Below the pieces are notes generated by a model, which was not told the DNA's origin, ran no database searches, and was given only the letters and a program-made list of their open reading frames with translations. DNA of 64,000 nt from contig JBDRKL010000009.1 in assembly GCA_043814055.1 (NCBI GenBank), forward strand, positions 1-64,000. Reading direction: 5' to 3'. The first letter of the stretch is position 1, and each line of letters starts with the position of its first letter. The position numbers and the translations under genes are program-made. Below, one piece after another: positions 10,954 through 19,508 of the stretch. This DNA comes from an archaeon. GTDB lineage: Archaea; Undinarchaeota; Undinarchaeia; Undinarchaeales; JBDRKL01.

Positions 10954-11295
10954 CTACTTCCTGCTCTCTTCAATCGCTTCTTCTATTTGTTTCTGCATAA
11001 CCAGCTTGGGCAGGTATACTATTCCGAGAACGCAAAAGAATGTTATTAAGAGAGCGACGAAAACCTGGTAAGACACGCCACTGCCGGAGATTCCTGCGCT
11101 GATTAGGAAAGAGTCAAAGAGTGAACGGATAGTGTCAACCCAAGTCAAAGCTATGACAAAGCCGAACGCGGTTGTGATTGCGTTTATCGCAGTATGCTCA
11201 AGCTGCTCAATGCTACGCTGAGCCTTCTTGACCGGCTCCTTGTCCTTCATATGGCTCAGGTGCGCGAGCTTTTCAAATTCCTCTATTGATGGCAT
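10954..11295 (-). CDS. Small 2-TM membrane protein (DUF5654-like)
   Basis: ITTAFGFVIALTWVDTI resembles the DUF5654 AFGxVAALAWxxAI motif. Confidence 0.65.
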   Translation of the reverse strand: MPSIEEFEKLAHLSHMKDKEPVKKAQRSIEQLEHTAINAITTAFGFVIALTWVDTIRSLFDSFLISAGISGSGVSYQVFVALLITFFCVLGIVYLPKLVMQKQIEEAIEESRK

Positions 11296-11345
11296 ACACA
11301 GGAATAGGGGCAGGGTATTAAAAAGGGTTTGGGAAAGAGAAATAA

Positions 11346-11386
11346 TGCAGGAGAAGGGATTTAGGAACCTCCGCCTGCTTGCGGAG
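11346..11386 (-). repeat. Family A hairpin 2 followed by a degenerate duplicate of the tRNA-Leu 3' end
   Basis: Minus strand CTCCGCAAGCAGGCGGAG, then GTTCCTAAATCCCTTCTCCTGCA versus tRNA GTTCAAATCCCTTCTCCCGCA. Confidence 0.8.
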
Positions 11387-11400
11387 AATAAGCTACGAGC

Positions 11401-11453
11401 GAAGCGAGTTTTTGATCAAACTTTTTGGACAAATTTCATAAATAAAAAGTTTG
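11401..11453 (-). repeat. Family B element at the tRNA-Leu 3' end
   Basis: Minus strand CAAACTTTTTATT..AAAAAGTTTGATCAAAAACTCGCTTC, closely matching 51767-51820. Confidence 0.8.
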
Positions 11454-11539
11454 GTGCGGGAGAAGGGATTTGAACCCTCGTATCCACTAAGGAACTAGGC
11501 CCTCAACCTAGCACGTTTTCCAGGCTCCGCCACCCCCGC
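11452..11539 (-). tRNA. tRNA-Leu(GAG)
   Basis: Cloverleaf with anticodon arm CTAGG-TTGAGGG-CCTAG, long variable arm, GTTCAAATC T-loop, encoded CCA. Confidence 0.95.
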
Positions 11540-11678
11540 AATTTTCGTCGTACATTTGTCTGCTAGGTAAAGTAGCATAAGTATAATTAAAGTGGTTAAA
11601 AAGGTTATCTATTAACACACTCCCCTTTATATACTATAACAACCATCAATTATGAAAACTAAACAAGGAGGTGAAAAA

Positions 11679-12008
11679 TTGAACATATATATTGGAAACA
11701 TTTCCTGGGATACTACCGACAGCGGCCTGAAGGCAGCTTTCGAAGCATTCGGGCAAGTTGAATCCGCGACCATCATAAAGGATCGCGCAACTGGAAGGTC
11801 AAAGGGATTCGCTTTTGTTGAAATGCCAAACGATGAAGAGGCTAAGGCAGCCATCACAGGCATGACCGGCAAGGAACTTGACGGACGAGAACTCAGAGTG
11901 AATGAAGCAAAGCCACGCGACGACGCGCCGGCACGAAGCTCATCTACAGCATCTTCAGAAGATGAAGAGCCGGTTTATGAGAACACACCAGAAGACGATT
12001 CCGCTTAA
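11679..12008 (+). CDS. RRM-domain RNA-binding protein (bacterial Rbp type)
   Basis: RNP2 IYIGNI and RNP1 SKGFAFVEM; GGAGGTGA SD before the TTG at 11679. Confidence 0.92.
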   Translation: MNIYIGNISWDTTDSGLKAAFEAFGQVESATIIKDRATGRSKGFAFVEMPNDEEAKAAITGMTGKELDGRELRVNEAKPRDDAPARSSSTASSEDEEPVYENTPEDDSA

Positions 12009-12168
12009 GGTTGATTCTATTTGTAAGTTGATTTAGATTTACAGATTTTGTCTTGATTAGCGTGAGCCACAAATTTATTTTTGTGTTTTTTATACCATAG
12101 CGTGAGCTTTAGGGGAAAACTTATTAAAGGAGTAGACAGAAAGGGACGGTCTAAAAGAGGTATTTCAA

Positions 12169-12492
12169 ATGAAAATAAATGAACTACAAGACAAAACAGC
12201 TGTTGACGAAATAACGCTTAAGATTACTGCGAAGGACGAACCACGCGCAGTGAGAGGCGGAACTTTGCAGGTATGCAACTGCACTGGCGAAGACGACACC
12301 GGAACCATTACGATTACGTTGTGGAACGACGACATTTTCGGGGTCAAGGTAGGCGACACCATAAAGATTACAAAGGGTTGGGCCGCGGTCTATCAGGACA
12401 ATATGCAGATTTCATCCGGCAAGTTCGGCAAGATTGAGGTTCTCGGCAAGGACGGCGAAGCTGCTCCTGCTGAAGACGCTGCTGAGGCTTAA
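12169..12492 (+). CDS. Single OB-fold ssDNA-binding protein (SSB/RPA-like), paralog 1
   Basis: EDDTGTITITLWND..GDTIKITKGW..GKFGKI with acidic tail. Confidence 0.88.
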   Translation: MKINELQDKTAVDEITLKITAKDEPRAVRGGTLQVCNCTGEDDTGTITITLWNDDIFGVKVGDTIKITKGWAAVYQDNMQISSGKFGKIEVLGKDGEAAPAEDAAEA

Positions 12493-12495
12493 TAT

Positions 12496-13452
12496 TTAGA
12501 ACAACAGAATTTGCACTGCGTTGAACATATAGCCAGTCAAGATTATAGCAGCCGCAACCACGCCAAAGAAGATTGCGATTAATTTTAGTTTCATTACCCT
12601 GCGCAGTATGACTGCCTCAGGCAGGCTTAATGCAGAGGTGGCCATCATGAACGCGAGCGCTGTGCCAAGTGGAACTCCTTTTCTGAACAGCACAACAGCA
12701 ATCGGCACTATTGCCGCGCAGCTGCCATACATCGGAACGCCGAGCGCGGTTGCAATTGGCACTGCTCCGAGGCCTGCCTTGCTCACAACTGCCTGGATGA
12801 TTTCCGCAGGTATGTAATTGTGAATCCACGCGCCTATTCCAACACCAACCAGAATCCAGAGCCACAGCTTTTTTAGTATTGATTTTGCCTCGCTGAAGCC
12901 GAAAAGCGCCCGCGCCTTGAGATTTTTGAACTGCATTTCTTTTGGAGCTTTATTAACATTGAAATCTTTGGATAGGTATTTCTCAAGCCCAAGCCTGCCG
13001 AGGATATTGCCTGCGATTGTACCTATTAGTATTCCGCTGATTACGTAAAGCGCGGTGATTTTCCAGCCGAAGAACGCGAGCATCAGCACGACAAGGTACT
13101 CGTTGACTATAGGTGATGTGATTAGGAAAGAGAATGCAACACCTAGAGGCACTCTTGCCTCAATGAAGCCTATGAAGAGAGGAATTGATGAGCAGGAGCA
13201 GAATGGAGTTACTGCGCCGAATGTGGACGCGAGCAGGTTGCCGGAGCCAAACCGCCTGTTAGTCACCCACTGCTTTATCTTGCCAGGGGGCAGGTAAGAC
13301 CTGAAAAATCCTATTAGGAAAATCATCACGAACAAGAGCGCAATGATTTTTATTGAGTCATAGATAAAAAAGTTCAGCGACTGAGCTGCCCTGGATGCAG
13401 GATCCAGATTCACAAGGCTGTACAATATCCAATCAACAATTGATTGCAGCAT
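12496..13452 (-). CDS. ArsP/DUF318-family permease
   Basis: TPFCSCSSIP motif, ALSLPE, multiple TM helices. Confidence 0.88.
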   Translation of the reverse strand: MLQSIVDWILYSLVNLDPASRAAQSLNFFIYDSIKIIALLFVMIFLIGFFRSYLPPGKIKQWVTNRRFGSGNLLASTFGAVTPFCSCSSIPLFIGFIEARVPLGVAFSFLITSPIVNEYLVVLMLAFFGWKITALYVISGILIGTIAGNILGRLGLEKYLSKDFNVNKAPKEMQFKNLKARALFGFSEAKSILKKLWLWILVGVGIGAWIHNYIPAEIIQAVVSKAGLGAVPIATALGVPMYGSCAAIVPIAVVLFRKGVPLGTALAFMMATSALSLPEAVILRRVMKLKLIAIFFGVVAAAIILTGYMFNAVQILLF

Positions 13453-13456
13453 TTAG

Positions 13457-13552
13457 CTATCCGCAGCAGGAGCAAGGCTTTTTCTTTGATTTCGCTTCAA
13501 GCTTCTTGTCCAGCTTCTCAGCTGCTCGCTTTAGGAATCCTTTCTTTTTCAT
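13457..13552 (-). CDS. 31-aa basic peptide ending in CSCCG (not in the ORF track)
   Basis: MKKKGFLKRAAEKLDKKLEAKSKKKPCSCCG; start overlaps the upstream stop and it ends 4 nt before the permease start. Confidence 0.65.
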   Translation of the reverse strand: MKKKGFLKRAAEKLDKKLEAKSKKKPCSCCG

Positions 13553-13902
13553 TAGTCAATTAGTCCTGTGCATCGCCAGTTTATCTCAGCTGTCTTGCTG
13601 TTCACGTCCACGACGCACGCCGGGCTGCAGCCGCTTAAAGGCTCTGCGGGCTCAAGCTCAATCCACCAAGTGCCTGTGTTCTCGTTGCACGTGTAATCCT
13701 CCGCAAGCTCGCCTTGCGCGTAGCACTCGCTGTCAAGCGCGATTATCCAGGCCTCAGAAATTGTGAGGTATTCCCCAGTCTCTGTGTCCGTGCACTTCTC
13801 CGCGCGCTCTGCCGCAAGATCCTGCTCAGTCACCAGGATGCAGCCGCTGGACAGCACAACAAGGACTAGCATAAGAACTGCTATAATTTTCATAAAATTC
13901 AA
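13552..13902 (-). CDS. Secreted/lipoprotein with Cys-rich domain
   Basis: LSSGC signal; CNENTGTWWI..GCSPACVVD..AEINWRCTGL. Confidence 0.7.
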   Translation of the reverse strand: MNFMKIIAVLMLVLVVLSSGCILVTEQDLAAERAEKCTDTETGEYLTISEAWIIALDSECYAQGELAEDYTCNENTGTWWIELEPAEPLSGCSPACVVDVNSKTAEINWRCTGLID

Positions 13903-13945
13903 TAAGAACTTGCCGTATTTAAGGTTTTCAAACGCCGCTCACAAC

Positions 13946-14305
13946 TTACTTCTTTCCGTAACCAAACACCCTGTCATAGAATTTGTGGTTTATTAAGTCC
14001 AGGACAAAGCATATGATTTCAATTTGGTCGCCTTTTATTGTGTAAAGCATTCTCCAGAAATTACTCAGTTCAACTCTCCACAAATTTGTTGCGTTATATT
14101 TTGTTGGAATTTGACTTTTCTTAATGCTGTTGCCGTAAAATGGATTCTGCTTAATCAACTCAACTTTTTGGTTTATTGACCTTAAGAGGCTGCTTTCGTC
14201 AGTATTTTCTTTCCCTTCTGCAATTTGAGCCCCGACTAGCCCGTTCAGTTTTTTGTATGCTATTTCTGCATCCCCTAAAAGTATTACTCTTGCCGGCTTG
14301 TTCAC
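13946..14305 (-). CDS. RelE/ParE-like toxin candidate
   Basis: NLWRVELSNFWRMLYTI..H..YDRVFGY; 4-nt overlap with the upstream HTH gene. Confidence 0.6.
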   Translation of the reverse strand: MNKPARVILLGDAEIAYKKLNGLVGAQIAEGKENTDESSLLRSINQKVELIKQNPFYGNSIKKSQIPTKYNATNLWRVELSNFWRMLYTIKGDQIEIICFVLDLINHKFYDRVFGYGKK

Positions 14306-14571
14306 AATTCTGTTCCTGCGGCGGCCATTGCTTCAAGTTCTGCCCTTGGCGTAAAGACCCAGAGGATTCCCTTTGTCCCGATGAGTATTTTTCCGCTGAG
14401 CTGGAGATAGTCCAAAATGCTCAGTAACGTATTGTGCATTACCTGCCTTGGGAGTTTGCGCTTCAACTCGGCAACGCTCATCGTGGCTTCTGCATTTTTC
14501 AATGTTTCTTCAACCATTAGCACTGTGTTTAGCGTGGGGGAATGTTCTGGTTTTTGGATTGTTTGCTGCAT
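14302..14571 (-). CDS. Winged-helix protein, candidate antitoxin
   Basis: PTLNTVLMVE..AELKRKLP..ILDYLQLSGKI wHTH pattern. Confidence 0.6.
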   Translation of the reverse strand: MQQTIQKPEHSPTLNTVLMVEETLKNAEATMSVAELKRKLPRQVMHNTLLSILDYLQLSGKILIGTKGILWVFTPRAELEAMAAAGTEL

Positions 14572-14693
14572 TTTAGTATAAATATATACCAATAAAGTAT
14601 ATACTTATATATAAAGCTTCCCTTGGCCGCTCGCAGAATAATAAGCGGATTAAGAGTTTATAAATTTAATTTAACTCGCGCGAGTTTGGTGAG

Positions 14694-15602
14694 TTAAACA
14701 CCGCTCACGAGTTCACTCTTCATCTTAACCACGAACGCTGCGCCGATTAAGATTAATCCTGAGCCAACGAGCTGCAGCATTGGCGCTGGCTCGCCGAACC
14801 AGTAGATTCCGGCAATGAGCGAGATTACAGGGGCGAGCAGGAGAATCATCGCGGCTTTTGAAACATTGATGAACTTCAGGCTACCAAACCAGAAGAGCAC
14901 GTAGAGCGTTAAAATGCCTGTTGAAATGAACAAATTCCTCAGCTGAATTGCAGAGAGCTCAAGAATCAAGTCCCACCTGCCGAGCACAATCACAGCGCCC
15001 CATAGGACCAGCGCGCCAAAGAACATTCTGCCGAACACAACTACGAAATTGCTCTCGCCGTCTTTCATTACCTTGCGCGCGATTATGGCTTCAACTGCCC
15101 AGAGAATTGTGCCAAGGATTATGAGCACGTCGCCGAGCCCGGGGTTCGCCCACATTGCGCCAGGCGCGATTTGGGTGTAGTAAATTGCAGCTGTGCCTGC
15201 GAGCATTGCAACGAGCGCTAGTGATTGTTTAAGGTCAAATTTCTCGCGCAGGAACACGTATGCGAGCACTGCGACGTAGAGTGGGAGAGTCTTGTGAAGG
15301 AATGCACCGCGGCCTGAGGTTGTTAGTTGTAGACCGGAGAAGTATAATAGGAATGCTAATCCACCACCTATGACACCAATCAAAAGCAACCAGGACCACT
15401 GGGTCTGCTTGAACTTTTTAAAATCAAACTTGCACTGCGCGCTGGCGATTATGAAAAAGACCACGCCGATTATTAATGCCCGGACTGCGGTGAAAACAAC
15501 TGGATCAAGCCCGACGAGAAACATCTTGTTTATCGGAATTGCGAAACCAGAGACTACTGCAGTAAGAACTGCTAATAATGTGCCCAATGCTTCCTTGTTC
15601 AT
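14694..15602 (-). CDS. EamA/DMT-family transporter
   Basis: About 10 TM, FLREK and FGEP repeats. Confidence 0.88.
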   Translation of the reverse strand: MNKEALGTLLAVLTAVVSGFAIPINKMFLVGLDPVVFTAVRALIIGVVFFIIASAQCKFDFKKFKQTQWSWLLLIGVIGGGLAFLLYFSGLQLTTSGRGAFLHKTLPLYVAVLAYVFLREKFDLKQSLALVAMLAGTAAIYYTQIAPGAMWANPGLGDVLIILGTILWAVEAIIARKVMKDGESNFVVVFGRMFFGALVLWGAVIVLGRWDLILELSAIQLRNLFISTGILTLYVLFWFGSLKFINVSKAAMILLLAPVISLIAGIYWFGEPAPMLQLVGSGLILIGAAFVVKMKSELVSGV

Positions 15603-16069
15603 TTTTGCTCACTAAGTTTTTCTATTATATAATTGTAATGCAACACAACCTTATCCCCTGATTTCGCATCCGGGCAGAACTCCTTGTTAAAGCTTTCATC
15701 AAACTCAACAACCCGAGTTTTGCATGCTTCCTTATCAAAGTCCTGCTTGAGCAGCCAGCGCTGTTCCACTGCCTCGTCGTGCCGATTTATGAAATACTCT
15801 CGAATCACTTCAGCGTCAATCTCAGCTTTGCCTAAATCATCAGCAGCCACGCAGCACATCACTGACGCGACCTTGAAAATATCGTGGAGCTCCTGTGAAG
15901 TTGGTTCACTGGGCTCGCTAAGCTGCCCAGCGGACTGGTTGGTTAATACCCACTCGCGAAGCTCATCAATCCGCGCCTGCTTGACATCTCCGCGCCTGAC
16001 CAGAGTGCTTGAGCACGGTATTGCGTATTTCAAGAAGAGTTTCTTGTCTGTAATGTCTGGTTTAACCAT
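15599..16069 (-). CDS. Hypothetical protein with HypC-like C-terminus (DUF6390-like)
   Basis: LFLKYAIPC N-terminus and KSGDKVVLHYNYIIEKL C-terminus. Confidence 0.5.
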   Translation of the reverse strand: MVKPDITDKKLFLKYAIPCSSTLVRRGDVKQARIDELREWVLTNQSAGQLSEPSEPTSQELHDIFKVASVMCCVAADDLGKAEIDAEVIREYFINRHDEAVEQRWLLKQDFDKEACKTRVVEFDESFNKEFCPDAKSGDKVVLHYNYIIEKLSEQK

Positions 16070-16132
16070 GATACAGAATAAACTCACTTGAGTTAATAAA
16101 GGTTTATAAAAGGTGTAATCTCCAGCCATGGC

Positions 16133-16396
16133 ATGAATTATGATAGGTATAACTGGATAAAATATCTCATATTGAGAAGAATGCTGAGGGACCATATATG
16201 GGATGGTGCATACCGACCACTGCAGAAGTTTTTAGGAAGCATAAAAGGCCATGAAAAAGGTTTTGCGCTGGAGATTTTAAACGACCTGATTAAAGAAGGT
16301 ATACTGCTGAGCCATAAAGGCAGTGCTTGCATCTCATTATCAACGCAGAAAAAGAGAGAAATTGAGGAATTCATTGTATGGATGAAAAATGAATGA
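16133..16396 (+). CDS. Small winged-helix-like protein
   Basis: LNDLIKEGILL..ISL pattern; TATA-like TTTATAAA upstream. Confidence 0.6.
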   Translation: MNYDRYNWIKYLILRRMLRDHIWDGAYRPLQKFLGSIKGHEKGFALEILNDLIKEGILLSHKGSACISLSTQKKREIEEFIVWMKNE

Positions 16397-16457
16397 TTGT
16401 ATAATTTTTATACAATACTGCATAAAGTTTATATAGTACTTAAATTAAGCATTCACC

Positions 16458-16781
16458 ATGGACCAAAGCATTTTCCTAAAAGTGGTGGGGAATAACCCGG
16501 AAACAAGGGTGCTTGACTTCTTTCTAGACAACGAGATATACGATTATTCAAAGTCTCACATAGCGAGATCAGCAAACATTTCAAGGGTAACACTTGAGCC
16601 AATTCTCAAAAGAATTCTTAAGATAGGCATTGTCAAACAAACCAGGAATTCTGGGGCGTCCAAGATGTACCAGATTGACCGCAAAAATGAAATCGCCAAG
16701 AAACTAATTGACTTTGACATAGAACTTAGTTTTTTGTTCGCCCCTAAAATTCCTGTTGAAGTTACGGCAAAAACTAAATGA
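16458..16781 (+). CDS. Winged-helix transcriptional regulator
   Basis: RVLDFFL..YSKSHIARSANISRVTL..GASKMY. Confidence 0.75.
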   Translation: MDQSIFLKVVGNNPETRVLDFFLDNEIYDYSKSHIARSANISRVTLEPILKRILKIGIVKQTRNSGASKMYQIDRKNEIAKKLIDFDIELSFLFAPKIPVEVTAKTK

Positions 16782-16935
16782 GTTTCTCAATCACATAATT
16801 CCCAAAGCACTTCACTTTGTCCCCAACTTTAACCTCAACATAAGGAGTCCGGACTTCCTGCTGCGTTCCACCTATGTCAACTATCGCGGTCTTTTCCCTG
16901 ACCTCTACAACTGTGGCTTCGAGTGATATGCACAT
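16774..16935 (-). CDS. HypC/HupF-like small protein, 53 aa (not in the ORF track)
   Basis: MCISLEATVVEVREKTAIVDIGGTQQEVRTPYVEVKVGDKVKCFGNYVIEKLI has the MC start and V-G-D..IEK pattern of HypC. Confidence 0.75.
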   Translation of the reverse strand: MCISLEATVVEVREKTAIVDIGGTQQEVRTPYVEVKVGDKVKCFGNYVIEKLI

Positions 16936-16965
16936 AATAAAACAATAGCGCGGCTGCTTAATAAA

Positions 16966-17319
16966 TTAATCGAAAATATTCCTGGTTATGTCAAGAGCCA
17001 CGAAAATCGGGATTATAAACAGCGCGTTGGCCAGCAGAAAGTCAGTAACCCCAGAGTCAGGAAAGCTGTAAATGGCCTTCATCATGATTAGCGCTGAAAA
17101 AGTGATTATAAGCATCAGAACGTAGCCAATCGGGTTCTTGATACCGAACATGAGGTGAATAAACTGCGACGCGAACAATATGATTGCAAAGATAAAGAAA
17201 TACATTGTAGGGAACGCCGCACTCATTAGCAGGTAAGTGAAGTAGATGCCGCTCACTATGACAGCCCCCTGTATTCCGAGGCAGAGCGGATTCATGTGCG
17301 CTTTTCTGTTTCTTAGCAT
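16966..17319 (-). CDS. 4-TM membrane protein
   Basis: Hydrophobic ORF. Confidence 0.6.
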   Translation of the reverse strand: MLRNRKAHMNPLCLGIQGAVIVSGIYFTYLLMSAAFPTMYFFIFAIILFASQFIHLMFGIKNPIGYVLMLIITFSALIMMKAIYSFPDSGVTDFLLANALFIIPIFVALDITRNIFD

Positions 17320-17402
17320 AAAGCATATATTAACAATTGTTAAATTTATATAGATTTTGAACCGCAAGCTTTAAATAGAGTTATGAATATATATTCATAA
17401 CT

Positions 17403-17855
17403 ATGGTAAGGTCAAGGCGATGTAGGTGGATACAGAACGAACCAAATGTTACATATTTCAAGCCAGCAGGAGCAAGAATATCACATAGCGAAATTATTGA
17501 ACTGCAGATGGACGAATACGAGGCGCTGCGGCTTAAGCATATTAAAAAACTGGACCAGGAGAAAGCGGCAGAAAAGATGAACATATCACAGCCGACTTTT
17601 CACAGGCTGCTGGAGAGCGCACATGAGAAAATTACCATTGCGCTAACAAAAGGCATTGCGATAAAAATTAAAGGAGGTGATTATATGACTGAAGAAGAGA
17701 GAAAAGGAGTTGCCAAGAGGGACGGCTCTGGAGAAGGAAGGCGCGCAAACAGGGGAAGAGGTGGATGCGAGCCTCCACAGGACAAGGGAACAGATTTTGG
17801 ACCAGGCAGGCGCTGCCCACGAGGGCGTGGAAGAAGGCGCGGACCGCCGGCATAG
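17403..17855 (+). CDS. DUF134 HTH protein with Gly/Arg-rich C-terminal extension
   Basis: FKPAG..DEYEALRL..QEKAAEKMNISQPTFHRLL..IKGG. Confidence 0.85.
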   Translation: MVRSRRCRWIQNEPNVTYFKPAGARISHSEIIELQMDEYEALRLKHIKKLDQEKAAEKMNISQPTFHRLLESAHEKITIALTKGIAIKIKGGDYMTEEERKGVAKRDGSGEGRRANRGRGGCEPPQDKGTDFGPGRRCPRGRGRRRGPPA

Positions 17856-17890
17856 AAAGGTAAATAAAAGCCGAATTCAAAAGTGAGCAG

Positions 17891-19288
17891 ATGAGAAAAG
17901 CAGCCCTTTTGGTTTTAATTCTTGCACTCAGTTTAATTAGCCCTGCTCTTGCCCAGATTGAAGAGCCACACTGCGCGGTCTACTTCACTGGAATTGGCTG
18001 CCCGCATTGTGCAAACGCAGACCCTGTTGTTTTCGGCGAGCTCCTTGACAGCTGCGACGACTTGGTCGTGATTGAGTACGAGGTGTACCAGGACAGCGGG
18101 AACGCGGGGCTCATGTTCTACTATGACCAAGAGTTCAGCAGTGGCCTCAGCATCCCGCTTTTGATATTCGGCAAGGACAATATGATTGCCGGCGACAACC
18201 CGATAATCACTGAGTGCATCGCAGGAACAAATGCAAGGCACCAGAGAATTTGCCCTGTAATAAATGGGGAAACTGAGTTTGAGAACCTTGACATCACAAA
18301 GCTCAGCGGCAAACCGAAAATCTGGACTAGCAGCGGAATACTTCTTAGCTACGGAGACAAGGAAGGAGATTCTGAGCTTTTAAAATCACTCGTGCTTGGC
18401 GGGGATGTTGAAACACTCCTGAACGGCGAGGACTACAAAGTGGTTGAGCCGGTTGAAGTTGAACTCTCTGGCAGTTCTGTGGAGTTTGAGAACGCTGTGC
18501 AGATTGAGGACTGGGTGTTCCAGTGGAACGCAGGAGGTGCTGAAGGGGAAACTGGAGAGATAAATGACACTGGCGGCGGAGCAGGAGAAACTAAAGACCT
18601 CTCGCTCGCAACCATTTTCGCACTTGCCGCAGTTGACGCCATAAACCCGTGCGCGCTCGCTGTGCTCACGCTTATGCTCATCGCGATAATCACTTACAAC
18701 CCGAAGCGCAGGGAGAAGATACTCCACGCAGGGCTTGCGTTCGTGTTTTCAGTTTTTGTAATGTACTTGTTCTATGGCTTGGTGATAATCCGCTTCTTCC
18801 AGCTCGTTGACGCGCTCACTTCAGTCCGCTTAATGCTTTACACAATCCTTGGCATAGTCGCGATTGCGCTCGGCCTGCTCAACATTAAGGACTATTTCAA
18901 ATACAAGCCCGGCGGGCTCGCCACAGAAATGCCGATGAAGCTCAGGCCAATGGTCAAGAAGCTTACAGAGGGCGTGACATCTGCAAAGGGCGCTGCGCTC
19001 GTTGGCGTGTTTGTTACACTCTTCCTCCTGCCATGCACAATCGGGCCTTATGTAATCGCGGGCGGGATGCTCTCCGCGCTTGAGCTTTTAAAAACCCTGC
19101 CGTGGCTCCTGATTTACAATTTCATATTCGTCCTTCCAATGCTCGTGATAACACTTATTATCTACAGTGGAATAAAGAAAGTTGATGACGTTTCAGAGTG
19201 GAAGGACAATAATATAAAGAAACTGCACTTAATCGCAGGTATTGTAATGCTCCTGCTGGGCATTGGAATGATTGGAGGATTCATATAA
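17891..19288 (+). CDS. Thioredoxin-like domain fused to a CcdA/DsbD-type TM domain
   Basis: CPHC motif; DAINPCA and LPCTIGPY TM cysteines. Confidence 0.82.
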   Translation: MRKAALLVLILALSLISPALAQIEEPHCAVYFTGIGCPHCANADPVVFGELLDSCDDLVVIEYEVYQDSGNAGLMFYYDQEFSSGLSIPLLIFGKDNMIAGDNPIITECIAGTNARHQRICPVINGETEFENLDITKLSGKPKIWTSSGILLSYGDKEGDSELLKSLVLGGDVETLLNGEDYKVVEPVEVELSGSSVEFENAVQIEDWVFQWNAGGAEGETGEINDTGGGAGETKDLSLATIFALAAVDAINPCALAVLTLMLIAIITYNPKRREKILHAGLAFVFSVFVMYLFYGLVIIRFFQLVDALTSVRLMLYTILGIVAIALGLLNIKDYFKYKPGGLATEMPMKLRPMVKKLTEGVTSAKGAALVGVFVTLFLLPCTIGPYVIAGGMLSALELLKTLPWLLIYNFIFVLPMLVITLIIYSGIKKVDDVSEWKDNNIKKLHLIAGIVMLLLGIGMIGGFI

Positions 19289-19301
19289 GGAGGTAAGAAA
19301 A

Positions 19302-19472
19302 ATGGGTAATAATCCAATAACATTAAGGCACGTGGCAGGCGGAATTATCGGAGTGCTTGGAATTCTATTGATAGTTATACCAGGGATATTGACAAGCTGG
19401 AGCTGGTGGAACGAGACAATCGGGGTGCTTTTGCTGCTCTCGGCGTTTTTTGTATTGATTGGCGGAAGGTAA
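19302..19472 (+). CDS. Small 2-TM protein
   Basis: GGAGGT SD, hydrophobic 56 aa. Confidence 0.55.
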   Translation: MGNNPITLRHVAGGIIGVLGILLIVIPGILTSWSWWNETIGVLLLLSAFFVLIGGR

Positions 19473-19508
19473 TATTTCTCTCGAGCTGATTGTGGGGAAT
19501 AAAACTAG

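Noticed and set aside
11228-11473. 81-aa ORF
   Set aside because: Overlaps tRNA-Leu and the repeat cassette; no protein signal
12058-12107. 10-nt direct repeat TAGCGTGAGC upstream of the SSB gene
   Set aside because: Two copies only; may be an operator but cannot be supported
15907-15932. In-frame hairpin CTGGGC..GCCCAG in the DUF6390-like ORF
   Set aside because: Single short stem with no second copy in the window
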